From the sequence record SRR22947727_1585: 37,068 nucleotides of DNA, one strand, 5' to 3'. Below are positions 1 to 8,072 of this stretch, one piece after another. Numbering within the stretch: the first letter of the stretch is position 1; each line of letters opens with the position of its first letter. The position numbers and the translations under genes are program-made. The notes beneath the pieces were generated by a model. It saw only the letters and a list, made by a program, of their open reading frames with translations, made no database searches and had not been told where the DNA came from.

Positions 1-2
1 TG

Positions 3-665
3 CCACATACGGTAGAAGTGATTCATACCGTGTGGCGTGGATACGATAATAACCTTGGTAGATTTACCAGAGGATATCGTAGGATATACCGACGCGAAGA
101 ACTGGTCGGCAATATTATTTTGAACGAACGCAAATTCGTCCAAGAAAATGATGTTGAACGACATACCTCGAACAGCAGATGCTGAGGTAGACGCTGCTAG
201 AATCTTAGAACCATTCTCAAGTTCAACGGATCCCTTGTTCCAGGAGATGATACCGTGCTGCATCCAGGACGGTAAGTTCTCATAAGCAATTTGTAGACGA
301 CCAAGAATCTCCCTAGCAGTTGCTGCTTTGTTTGCTAGGATACCGATATTGACGTTGTCGTTAAAGATAAGGTAGTGGAGTAGGAATGCCACACAGGTCG
401 TAGACTTACCTGTCTGACGAGGCATCTTACAGATAGTAAATCTCCTCTCGTGGAAACTTCTGACGAGGTCTTCCTGGAAGTCATACATCGTGAAAGGTAT
501 GAGACCTTTATCCAGAGACACAATTTTAATGTGTCTCTTGGAAAAGTATATCGGGTCTTCCTTACATTTAATGTATTCTTTGACTTGATCTAGAGTAAAA
601 TTGACGGCAACGTTTGCCTTCTTGAGATTAGGATTACCTAGATACTTGTTATCAACTGCGGGCAT
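3..665 (-). CDS. gp17: Terminase large subunit, N-terminal ATPase part (runs off the window's left edge)
   Basis: Translated by hand from ATG at 665: MPAVDNKYLGNPNLKKANV...KMPRQTGKSTT (Walker A)...SFNIIFLDEFAFV (Walker B)...VIIVSTPHG (coupling motif). These are T4-like gp17 motifs, and the gene lies downstream of gp16. Confidence 0.97.
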   Translation of the reverse strand, partial: MPAVDNKYLGNPNLKKANVAVNFTLDQVKEYIKCKEDPIYFSKRHIKIVSLDKGLIPFTMYDFQEDLVRSFHERRFTICKMPRQTGKSTTCVAFLLHYLIFNDNVNIGILANKAATAREILGRLQIAYENLPSWMQHGIISWNKGSVELENGSKILAASTSASAVRGMSFNIIFLDEFAFVQNNIADQFFASVYPTISSGKSTKVIIVSTPHGMNHFYRMW

Positions 666-689
666 AATAAAAAATTCAATACTTTATAA

Positions 690-1916
690 TTAAGATGTTA
701 CGGTGACATCTGCAGGAATAGTAGAACTACTATTAAACGAATTTCCTATAGAATCAAATATTTCCGTTCTTCCTCTAATATCATATCCAATGTCGGAGGA
801 TCTAATAATATACTGAAGACCATCTGGAGCACCAAACTCGAAGAATCCTGTTCCACCAGTCACTCTTCTGACCCACTCATATCTATAAGTGAATGGGGGA
901 ACACCACCACTGAATATTGCTGCAGTTTGTGTTAGGACTGTTCCTGATTGTCCGACGCCATCAAGAGTTCCTTTTGATACCAGTGCTAGTGGTGGTGCTG
1001 GTGGTTCTGAAATAACTTCAATCGTGGTTGGTACGGCAGCAACAGATTTATGGTAATTATATGCATCATCCCACCTAGTTCTACCCCTAATAGTGTAACC
1101 AATGTCACTATCCTGAATAGTATAATTCAATCCTTCTGGGGCACCAAATCTTACATATGTACTGCCAGGGTCTGAAGTCTCCTTTCTAATCCATTCATAT
1201 GTGAAAGTAAGTGGGGCAGCACCGCCAGTTACAGTACCTTGTGTCTGTGAAAGTGTATCTCCTGGATATGCCGGGGATGCTCCACTAAAAGTAAGAGTGC
1301 CCGGTGTATCGGCAGTCAATTTATCTACAACAATATCTGAACCAGGAGTACTGGTTGTGAGATATGATGGGGTGATTACAGCGTCTTGAATTCTAGTAGA
1401 AATACGAAGACTTGCCCCTAGCATAGAAGCATCTATATCTGCTACTGCAGCATTAACTTCTTTCCAAGGACTAATACCTATCCACTCACCACCAGGAGTT
1501 TCCTGTTTCTGCAACTGACCTTCAACGGTGATAGGTTCTGTACCACCTTCATAACCGGCAACCTGACCAGATACTTGCCGATCCACAACAAATCCATCAG
1601 GTGCTGTTATATTACCAACACCTATAATAGTGAGAGGATTTAAATTGCCCTCTGGGTTGTTATTTTCGTCATGCCTGATATATTGACTACGAACAACAAT
1701 ATTATTATCTACGTCCCTTTTCACATAATCAAGAACTTCACCAACCTCATTATCTACTAAATGCCTAACATAGTCACCATCAAAATCTTTCCAGGTGAAA
1801 TTAGTCCACCCAACTGCATCCATACTCTCACTTCTGAAAGCAGGTTGTGGTGAAGCAACTACGTTATCATCATCGTATCTAACGTAGTTATTATTTGTAT
1901 GAGTTAGTATCGACAT
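690..1916 (-). CDS. Putative virion-associated protein: N-terminal Y-[VI]-R-[HY]-D repeat region fused to about three Ig-like domains
   Basis: 408-aa ORF. The N-terminus repeats YVRYDDDN / YVRH / YIRHDENNNP. Two clear C-terminal repeats read GG..P.T..YEW.R...FGAP.GL.Y.I..SDIGY.IRGRT, with a degenerate third before them. A late-promoter-like motif lies upstream. Confidence 0.75.
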   Translation of the reverse strand: MSILTHTNNNYVRYDDDNVVASPQPAFRSESMDAVGWTNFTWKDFDGDYVRHLVDNEVGEVLDYVKRDVDNNIVVRSQYIRHDENNNPEGNLNPLTIIGVGNITAPDGFVVDRQVSGQVAGYEGGTEPITVEGQLQKQETPGGEWIGISPWKEVNAAVADIDASMLGASLRISTRIQDAVITPSYLTTSTPGSDIVVDKLTADTPGTLTFSGASPAYPGDTLSQTQGTVTGGAAPLTFTYEWIRKETSDPGSTYVRFGAPEGLNYTIQDSDIGYTIRGRTRWDDAYNYHKSVAAVPTTIEVISEPPAPPLALVSKGTLDGVGQSGTVLTQTAAIFSGGVPPFTYRYEWVRRVTGGTGFFEFGAPDGLQYIIRSSDIGYDIRGRTEIFDSIGNSFNSSSTIPADVTVTS

Positions 1917-1940
1917 TTAACCAGAGTTTGTCGTCAATAC

Positions 1941-1948
1941 TATTTATC
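1941..1948 (-). promoter_or_regulatory. T4-like late promoter (GATAAATA)
   Basis: Matches the NATAAATA late consensus, about 25 nt upstream of the ATG at 1916. Confidence 0.7.
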
Positions 1949-2030
1949 TCTTATGAAAAAAACCTATCTTTACTATATTAATAACAAATGTAGTAGCAAA
2001 GTAGCAGGCAAAAAGTCCTGGAGCAGTCAT
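1944..2030 (-). CDS. Possible 28-aa hydrophobic peptide MTAPGLFACYFATTFVINIVKIGFFHKR
   Basis: Translated by hand. It fills the intergenic gap and has a GTAAATA late-like motif at 2054-2060 upstream. It is very short and may be spurious. Confidence 0.35.
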   Translation of the reverse strand: MTAPGLFACYFATTFVINIVKIGFFHKR

Positions 2031-2077
2031 CGTCTCAGATGCATTTATTCTGCTATTTACTATATTTTATATTTTTT

Positions 2078-2209
2078 TTAGTTTTTTTGTTGGTGAATAA
2101 ACATAATACCGATTACTGGGACTGTAATCAATAGGTAACAAAGCAGTCCCATAAACCAGATGTGTGATAAAGCGTGAATCAAAGCGTACTTAACAACTAA
2201 CAAGTCCAT
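2078..2209 (-). CDS. 43-aa small membrane protein MDLLVVKYALIHALSHIWFMGLLCYLLITVPVIGIMFIHQQKN
   Basis: Translated by hand. It has one hydrophobic helix and lies directly downstream of a perfect TATAAATA late promoter. Confidence 0.65.
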   Translation of the reverse strand: MDLLVVKYALIHALSHIWFMGLLCYLLITVPVIGIMFIHQQKN

Positions 2210-2234
2210 TTCAGGTAAATGTTATAAGATGGAT

Positions 2235-2242
2235 TATTTATA
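2235..2242 (-). promoter_or_regulatory. T4-like late promoter TATAAATA
   Basis: Exact gp55-type consensus (tatttata on the plus strand), intergenic and 25 nt upstream of the ATG at 2209. Confidence 0.8.
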
Positions 2243-2244
2243 TT

Positions 2245-3021
2245 TTAGCACTTCCATTTTCGTAATGCTAGTGCCTTACGTGTTGGTTTGCCCTTATCAT
2301 CCTTCATAGGTCCCTCCATTCCACCCATTCTAGCGCAGAATGACTTCTTTCTAGGACCACCTTCAGGTTGAGGTGCTTTGAGGTCGGAGCCGGGGTTCTC
2401 TCGTTCATAGGACTTGCGTCCCTTCTCGTTAAGACCCCCGGCTTTATTCTTTCCCTCTTTACGCTGCCATGCGGACTCATTAAACTCTGCAAAGGTCTTT
2501 TTGCCTTCTTTGACACAGTTAGGGACATCTTTACCGTCCTTCTTCTTGGTGCCCTTTGCTTTGTAACCATCCCAACACTTGTCAGCGCCGACATTTTTAC
2601 GTGCTTGCTTCATACCTTCGCCAATGTCAAGGGTCTCAGGATAATCCTTGTCTCCTTTCTTAGCAGGTTTCTCACCGCGCTTACGCTTGGCGTGGATGTT
2701 GTCCCACAAACCTTTTTTCTTACCTTCTCCAAGGTTGGACTGTTCTTCCATTTTTTTACCCTCTTTTTGTGGTTTGATAGTAGGGGCGTGGATGCCCATA
2801 TGCTTATCATACTTAATGTCAGTCTTTTTCTCTTCCTTCTTATCTTTGATAGAAGGAGCACCAGTCATATCTGCCTCAGCATAGTAGTTGGTAACTTCAA
2901 ATGCTGGGTTTCCATTAGCGTCATCCAAGACGAAAGACTCTTTGGAAGTTTTGGACTTTATTTTAGACCAGAAAGGTTTGACGTTTTCCATTTTTAAATC
3001 AATCGTAAGTTTTCTTGCCAC
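2245..3021 (-). CDS. Lys-rich modular hypothetical protein, probably head-internal
   Basis: 258-aa ORF built from short basic modules: KKGLWDNIHAKRKRGEKPA, CWDGYKAKGTKKKDGKDVPNCVK and AWQRKEGKNKAGGLNEKGRKSY...SFCARM...LRKWKC. I recognise these module types from cyanophage gp16-gp17 intervals. Confidence 0.8.
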   Translation of the reverse strand: MARKLTIDLKMENVKPFWSKIKSKTSKESFVLDDANGNPAFEVTNYYAEADMTGAPSIKDKKEEKKTDIKYDKHMGIHAPTIKPQKEGKKMEEQSNLGEGKKKGLWDNIHAKRKRGEKPAKKGDKDYPETLDIGEGMKQARKNVGADKCWDGYKAKGTKKKDGKDVPNCVKEGKKTFAEFNESAWQRKEGKNKAGGLNEKGRKSYERENPGSDLKAPQPEGGPRKKSFCARMGGMEGPMKDDKGKPTRKALALRKWKC

Positions 3022-3418
3022 CTTTTAGATATCCAGACCCTTTAGAGTCATAGAATCTAATTCCTTTTGCCTGCCTTTCAGAGGAAAGTTGCCCTTTGCG
3101 TTCTTTATCTTTAGCACGAGACTTTGCTTCGCCTGCTTGTGCTTTGAAGTCGCTGAGTTTCTTCTCTCTCTTTTCCTTACTGAAACCATCGAGGGATTTT
3201 TGTGATGGTTCCTTGAGTGCCTCAGACATTCCGCCGTCCATACCAGAGTTTCCACCCTGATCATTGTCGTCGTCATCACCGATGATAGTTTCGAGACCAT
3301 ACGATCCCTTCTTCATTTTTTTGTACTTGCAAGTGCAATCGTTTTCGTTTTCTCCACAATTGTCACATTGCTTAGATTTCTTTTCATCCTTTTCAGGATT
3401 ATCTTTTGACTTAGCCAT
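2999..3418 (-). CDS. Charged hypothetical protein with an N-terminal CxxC-x6-CxC motif
   Basis: 139-aa ORF starting 7 nt after the gp16 stop. It carries CDNCGENENDCTC, an acidic/Gly linker and a basic C-terminus (GIRFYDSKGSGYLKGGKK). Confidence 0.75.
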   Translation of the reverse strand: MAKSKDNPEKDEKKSKQCDNCGENENDCTCKYKKMKKGSYGLETIIGDDDDNDQGGNSGMDGGMSEALKEPSQKSLDGFSKEKREKKLSDFKAQAGEAKSRAKDKERKGQLSSERQAKGIRFYDSKGSGYLKGGKKTYD

Positions 3419-3424
3419 AATGGG

Positions 3425-3859
3425 TTAATCTGATAGACTGTTTATCATTCCTTCTTTGATCATCTTCTGAAGATCAGTAGTTGATCCGACAAAGACGGAA
3501 TTATTAGTAACATTGGTTTGGTTGTTGGTGATATTCACCTGCTCCAAGTCCTTTGCTTTCTTCTGTAAGTCTAGCAACTTATCGGTCACATCGGCAATAT
3601 TCTTAATTAATGCTCCAGCAACTTCATAAGATCTAGCACTATCTCCCTCTTGAGCGAGTTCCAGGGCGCCATTTACTGCTTCCTGTCCCTTCTCAATCAA
3701 ACTGTATAAGTTTGCTCGGGTATAATCATAATCTTTTTTGGCATCTTGTGGATCGATTTCGGCAGGAGGGTTGTCTCTTTTGACAACTGGTGCCTTCTCG
3801 GGTTTCACAATAGTGGATTCACACTCTAGTGCCTCGTCAATAGAATCAAAGTTACTCAT
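3425..3859 (-). CDS. gp16: Terminase small subunit
   Basis: Contains DYDYTRANLYSLIEKGQEAVNGALELA..SARSYEVAGALIK..DKLLDLQKK..NNSVFVGSTTDLQKMIK, typical of T4-like gp16, and follows gp15. Confidence 0.95.
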   Translation of the reverse strand: MSNFDSIDEALECESTIVKPEKAPVVKRDNPPAEIDPQDAKKDYDYTRANLYSLIEKGQEAVNGALELAQEGDSARSYEVAGALIKNIADVTDKLLDLQKKAKDLEQVNITNNQTNVTNNSVFVGSTTDLQKMIKEGMINSLSD

Positions 3860-3861
3860 AA

Positions 3862-4662
3862 TTAGGTGTTGTAGTCAGCGTCTTGAGTTGGACTATACTG
3901 TTTGGAGTCAAAGAAAAGAACAGTCTCCTCGTTGAAACCAAAGTCATCACCAGGTTCAGCATCGATTGGGTCGGGAGTGACAGTGTATCTGACTTCCCTT
4001 GGTGCTGTACGCTTGGTGTCGGTATGATAGTCAACCTGGACCTTACGGATGAGACCATCTCCAGTATCGCTGATAGGACCAAATAGATAGGTCTTAGCAG
4101 TAAAACTGAGTGTGTAGATGATAGTCCTGCGTGTTGTGAAGTCTCCTTCATAATCATCAGTAAAGTTAATACCATCTAACACAATAGGAATATCTCTCTT
4201 CTCTCCAATTGAGTCCACCAAATCAACAGTGATGTTGAATGATGGTTGGAAATATGGAAGAATCTGCTCTACGATTTGTAGGGCATCCTCATTGAGTTTG
4301 GTCATTATATTCAACTCAAAACCTAGATTATAGGGGACGGGAAGATAAACTCTTTTGAGTTTGGTTCCGTCTTCTAGAGTTTTGAATGTCTGTGTAGGTT
4401 GAGTTTTCCTAGTGCCGTCATAGGCAATAGAGTTCATCTCAAACGACATTCTAGGAAGAGTGATCTCAGTGGGTTGATTCAACTCACTTTGCTGAGTAAT
4501 CCTAGCAAGAAATTTCTGCATAGGACCATACGCCAAAGGAATCTTCATGTCATTGATGACATTTGCCTTTGGATCTGTCTTCTGAATATGAACATTGTTG
4601 AATAAGTTTCCAAAACCAACAACGGTTCGTTTGATTATTTCATGGTAGAAATAGTCAACCAC
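3862..4662 (-). CDS. gp15: Tail sheath stabilizer / tail terminator (GTG start)
   Basis: Contains YFYHEIIKRTVVGFGNLFN, IPLAYGPMQKFLAR, LPRMSFEM and QIVEQILPYFQP, in gp13-14-15-16 synteny. Confidence 0.96.
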   Translation of the reverse strand: MVDYFYHEIIKRTVVGFGNLFNNVHIQKTDPKANVINDMKIPLAYGPMQKFLARITQQSELNQPTEITLPRMSFEMNSIAYDGTRKTQPTQTFKTLEDGTKLKRVYLPVPYNLGFELNIMTKLNEDALQIVEQILPYFQPSFNITVDLVDSIGEKRDIPIVLDGINFTDDYEGDFTTRRTIIYTLSFTAKTYLFGPISDTGDGLIRKVQVDYHTDTKRTAPREVRYTVTPDPIDAEPGDDFGFNEETVLFFDSKQYSPTQDADYNT

Positions 4663-4687
4663 AGGAACATACCGTAATATACTATTT

Positions 4688-4694
4688 TATTTAG
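4688..4694 (-). promoter_or_regulatory. Late promoter variant CTAAATA overlapping the gp14 stop
   Basis: TAAATA core about 25 nt upstream of the gp15 start, the same geometry as other late motifs in the window. Confidence 0.5.
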
Positions 4695-6166
4695 TCGCCA
4701 AAAGGATTGGTGACATCGAAGTTATTGGAGTAATCGTTGAAACTGCCAAATTGATTGAACTCAGACTCATCAACAATATCATTTGCAACATCTTGGATGT
4801 CATCAGATTCAGAATACTTATCTGAAGGAGTTCTGGTATTCCATCTCTTGAGAGAGTATCGTGCTCTGCTGGTTTTACCAACGATTACTTCCTCTCGTGA
4901 GAAGTCAACATCTTCTTTCTCTGGATCAAGATTAGTAATTTGTAGGACCTTACTGACAGCATCCCAACCACGGACTCGTGCCTGAGTTCCTGATGTCTTG
5001 CCTTCAACTATCTCATTGTAGATGAAGTCTCCATCACCTCCGTCAGGAGGAGCGTCTACGATGACTCTAGCGCCCTCAAACAGGTCTTTACCGGGATTGG
5101 TGACAACTGCCTTGACGATCTTTGTGCCGTTCGTTAGAGCAACACCTTCAGCGATAATATTATTATCATTATCATAGACGCTAATCATAGCATCCTCAGC
5201 ATAACCTGTGCCCGATTCCTCAACATCAAACTCAATAATGCCTTTAGATAGTGGATCGGTATTGATACCTGCTCTAATTAGAGCACCACTACCTTGCCTA
5301 TCAGGGGGAACGATATTAATTAATGGTGCTTCACTATAACCACTACCACTACGGAATACCACCAAATCCTTCACAGATGATGTACTGTTATTGACTGTTG
5401 CCTGATTCATTATCAAAGCAATCTGTGGGTCTGTCCCAACTTGTGGAGGTTCAATAACAATATCAGGTGTTGCTGTATAACCTTTACCCTCATTCAAGAT
5501 GAGTAGTTTTTCAATATAACCAGTGCCTAGTTTATAGGATACTTCTGCTCTATTGCTTAGAGCAATCAATTCAAGTGATGTAATGTATCCTTTATTTGCT
5601 AGTGTGGAGTCAATCTCATCAATAGAAGTATCGAATACCTCATCTTCATACTCGAATAACTCACACTCTAACTCGTAGGTATAACCCTTACCAAGTTGAT
5701 AGAATGGTTTCTCGTGCTCTACAAACTTGATTTCAAAAAGTCTTCTGCCGAGTGGGAAGTAAATTAGGTCTCCCTCTTTCGGTCTATGAATTGTTGGTAG
5801 TTCGTTTGTATTAGTTGCTGTATTCATTAGATACAACATTCTAGAATTCAAGAAAGGAGCAATATAACTCTCATACCTCTCTCTGGAGATAGTAAGAGTC
5901 ACATCGTCCTTGACCTGAATACCAAACTTGGACATAATATCACCTTGCCCACCATAACCGTCAAAGTTATTAAGGTATGCTTCGATAATAAAATATGACC
6001 TAAACTGAGAGGATGTTACTTCTCTCATAATAGTTGCTTCCTTTACAAACTCTCTAGGAATGTAAAAGACATCAATCCCATACATGCGGAGTTGCTCGTT
6101 AACGAGATCCTGCATCAGGTTTTGTTCTTGTGTTGATCCGTGAAGGAAGAAAGGATTAACAACCAT
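4691..6166 (-). CDS. gp14: Neck protein with an inserted GxGY beta-repeat region
   Basis: Contains NPFFLHGS..EQNLMQDLVNEQLRMYG, RPKEGDLIYFPL and FEIKFVEHEKPFYQLGK..YELECELFEY. Internal repeats read GKGY, GSGY and GTGY. Confidence 0.95.
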   Translation of the reverse strand: MVVNPFFLHGSTQEQNLMQDLVNEQLRMYGIDVFYIPREFVKEATIMREVTSSQFRSYFIIEAYLNNFDGYGGQGDIMSKFGIQVKDDVTLTISRERYESYIAPFLNSRMLYLMNTATNTNELPTIHRPKEGDLIYFPLGRRLFEIKFVEHEKPFYQLGKGYTYELECELFEYEDEVFDTSIDEIDSTLANKGYITSLELIALSNRAEVSYKLGTGYIEKLLILNEGKGYTATPDIVIEPPQVGTDPQIALIMNQATVNNSTSSVKDLVVFRSGSGYSEAPLINIVPPDRQGSGALIRAGINTDPLSKGIIEFDVEESGTGYAEDAMISVYDNDNNIIAEGVALTNGTKIVKAVVTNPGKDLFEGARVIVDAPPDGGDGDFIYNEIVEGKTSGTQARVRGWDAVSKVLQITNLDPEKEDVDFSREEVIVGKTSRARYSLKRWNTRTPSDKYSESDDIQDVANDIVDESEFNQFGSFNDYSNNFDVTNPFGD

Positions 6167-7039
6167 TTAACCCACCATATCGAGAGGAGGAAGTTCATAG
6201 GTGCTAGACATATCTTGTTTGATGATGTCCAATTCTTTTACACCTTCATCGTAGATTTCTCTACCATTCATCTCAATACCGCCAGGAAGTTTAGTCCCAC
6301 GGAATTTGATGAGGTTCTGTCCCCACTGTTTCTTGAGGGCAGCGGTCAAATACTTTTTGACCCAACTATCATTATAGATTTTAACGAAATCTTCGGGATC
6401 AAGTGCTCTATAGCAATCGATAAGGATTACTTCACCACCAGACAAGGCACCCCAGTTGAAATCAATATACAATCTGTCCATTCTCTTATTGAAACGAATC
6501 ATCGTTTCTGGATTGAACATGAAGTCATATGTTTCAAACCATTGCTTCGCTAGGTAGTAGTCAAGCATACCACCACCATAGAAACCGCCCATTCCACCAC
6601 CACCCATGTAGGGTGAGACGCCAGGACCTAGAATACCTAGACCAGGGAATGCTCCAAATCCACCGCCACCATTTGCTTCTCTAGGTGCCATCACTCTCTC
6701 AACACCAATCACCCAATCGGGGATAGGGATGTAGTTGGAGTTCTCAATGAATGTAGCAGTCGTAGGAGACTTGTCACCAGGATAGGTGAGAGATGCTGTC
6801 GAAATACCTGGATTCACAAATGGATTATAGTCACTACCACGAGCAATGTCGTGCTCAGTAATCTCATACTTGAGATATGTTCTGACTACACCATCATAGT
6901 GTCTCTCTTGAAAATGTTGAATAGTATCATCCAAAACATCATCAATCTGCTCATCAGCAATGTTGATTTCCAACACTGGAGCACCAAGTTGACGCAAGGC
7001 GTAGTTTACTAATTCTTGTCTAGTGCTTGGTTTTGCCAT
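6167..7039 (-). CDS. gp13: Neck protein
   Basis: Contains MAKPSTRQELVNYALRQLGAPVLEINI and WVKKYLTAALKKQWGQNLIKFRGTKLPGGIEMNG..ELPPLDMVG. Confidence 0.96.
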   Translation of the reverse strand: MAKPSTRQELVNYALRQLGAPVLEINIADEQIDDVLDDTIQHFQERHYDGVVRTYLKYEITEHDIARGSDYNPFVNPGISTASLTYPGDKSPTTATFIENSNYIPIPDWVIGVERVMAPREANGGGGFGAFPGLGILGPGVSPYMGGGGMGGFYGGGMLDYYLAKQWFETYDFMFNPETMIRFNKRMDRLYIDFNWGALSGGEVILIDCYRALDPEDFVKIYNDSWVKKYLTAALKKQWGQNLIKFRGTKLPGGIEMNGREIYDEGVKELDIIKQDMSSTYELPPLDMVG

Positions 7040-7296
7040 CAGAAGAATCCCGCATCAATTGTATCAGTCCAAGCAGTTCTGCTTGTATCTGGATTTACTG
7101 TAAGGATAATAGTAGACTTACTGATTTGAGCACCCTCAACGATAGGGGTAAACTGGTCTCCATTCCAGATAGGAACTTCACCAGTGCCAATACCAATATT
7201 ATCCACATCATTCAAGTTACCGAATGATGCTGGCAGTCCGTTTGAAATAACTCGGACTACATTGCGTTGTCCGATTTGGTCGAGTAAATTTGCCAT
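7039..7296 (-). CDS. Small putative structural protein with fibre-type LNDVD and DAGFF motifs
   Basis: 85 aa, with overlapping start/stop codons on both sides. LNDVD...PIWNGDQF resembles phage fibre repeat motifs. Confidence 0.7.
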   Translation of the reverse strand: MANLLDQIGQRNVVRVISNGLPASFGNLNDVDNIGIGTGEVPIWNGDQFTPIVEGAQISKSTIILTVNPDTSRTAWTDTIDAGFF

Positions 7297-7826
7297 CAGG
7301 ACCTCTCCGTATCTTCGCTAGTTGGTGTTGCTTGGACCCACTGAGAACTATCCTGGTCAGTGTAGTAGATATACATACGACCATCAGAAGAGTTCCACCA
7401 GAGATCTCCTGGGACTGGGTCGGCAGGTGGTTTTGTGCCTATTGCTACAGGTGGTTGATTTGGTTTGATTACACCAGATTGCATGTTTGTTACTCCTGGG
7501 TTTACTAATGCCATTCCTTCAACAACACGATAAATTTTGTTATCTTGTTTGCTGATTAGAATTACATCATAGACATATCTACCTTCTTTGAGGGCAGTTG
7601 TCTGCTCTGAATTTAGACTAATGGTGATTTCACCACTAGTGGGTTTGAGTACTTTAACATCAAACTCCACACCAAAAGGGGCACCAGGGTGTTTCCTAAG
7701 TTGACCTACACCACGAAATTGTGTGAGGTTAATAGGAACACTGGTGCCCGCATCATCTAACTTGAAATTAGCAGAGAAATCAGCACCCTGGTCAATAGTT
7801 ATATTAGAAACGTAGGCGCTTGCCAT
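7296..7826 (-). CDS. Virion structural protein (IDQGADF...GRYVYDV family) with a C-terminal PGDLWW..SQWV module
   Basis: 176 aa. The N-terminal beta domain is typical of cyanophage structural ORFs upstream of gp13. The C-terminal PPADPVPGDLWWNSSDGRMYIYY..SQWV module is common in phage fibre proteins. Confidence 0.8.
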   Translation of the reverse strand: MASAYVSNITIDQGADFSANFKLDDAGTSVPINLTQFRGVGQLRKHPGAPFGVEFDVKVLKPTSGEITISLNSEQTTALKEGRYVYDVILISKQDNKIYRVVEGMALVNPGVTNMQSGVIKPNQPPVAIGTKPPADPVPGDLWWNSSDGRMYIYYTDQDSSQWVQATPTSEDTERS

Positions 7827-7847
7827 ATCTCAAGTTATAGGATACTA

Positions 7848-8072
7848 TTATCTATTTATCATTTGTTGAATCATCTCTTTTAGTTCTTCGATCTGCCTCT
7901 TAGATTCGTCAAGTTGATTCTTCAATAAATCTAGTTCATTTCTAGATCTAGATTCCTTAATTACCTTCTTCCTATGGTTACGGTATCCTTGCTCATCCAT
8001 ATTAACGATGGCACCCGTATCTTTATCTCGGTAGAGGTGTTGATGTCCCTCTACCTTCATGTATCCTTTCAT
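7848..8072 (-). CDS. Small coiled-coil hypothetical protein
   Basis: 74 aa with KVEGHQHLYRDKDTGAIVN and a C-terminal heptad stretch. TAATG-coupled to the upstream large structural gene. Confidence 0.85.
   Translation of the reverse strand: MKGYMKVEGHQHLYRDKDTGAIVNMDEQGYRNHRKKVIKESRSRNELDLLKNQLDESKRQIEELKEMIQQMINR
7853..7860 (-). promoter_or_regulatory. Late promoter GATAAATA
   Basis: NATAAATA consensus about 26 nt upstream of the ATG at 7826. Confidence 0.65.

Noticed and set aside
335-523. 62-aa minus-strand ORF
   Set aside because: It is an alternative frame inside gp17.
690-1340. Ig-like repeats as a diversity-generating retroelement target/template pair
   Set aside because: The repeats diverge at all base types rather than only adenines, both are in-frame coding, and no reverse transcriptase is in the window.
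2368-2997. 209-aa plus-strand ORF and the other plus-strand ORFs in the track
   Set aside because: They are antisense shadows of well-supported minus-strand genes, with no recognisable motifs.
4668-4670. Out-of-frame ATG upstream of gp15 suggesting a frameshift
   Set aside because: The in-frame GTG at 4662 already gives a normal-length gp15 N-terminus.
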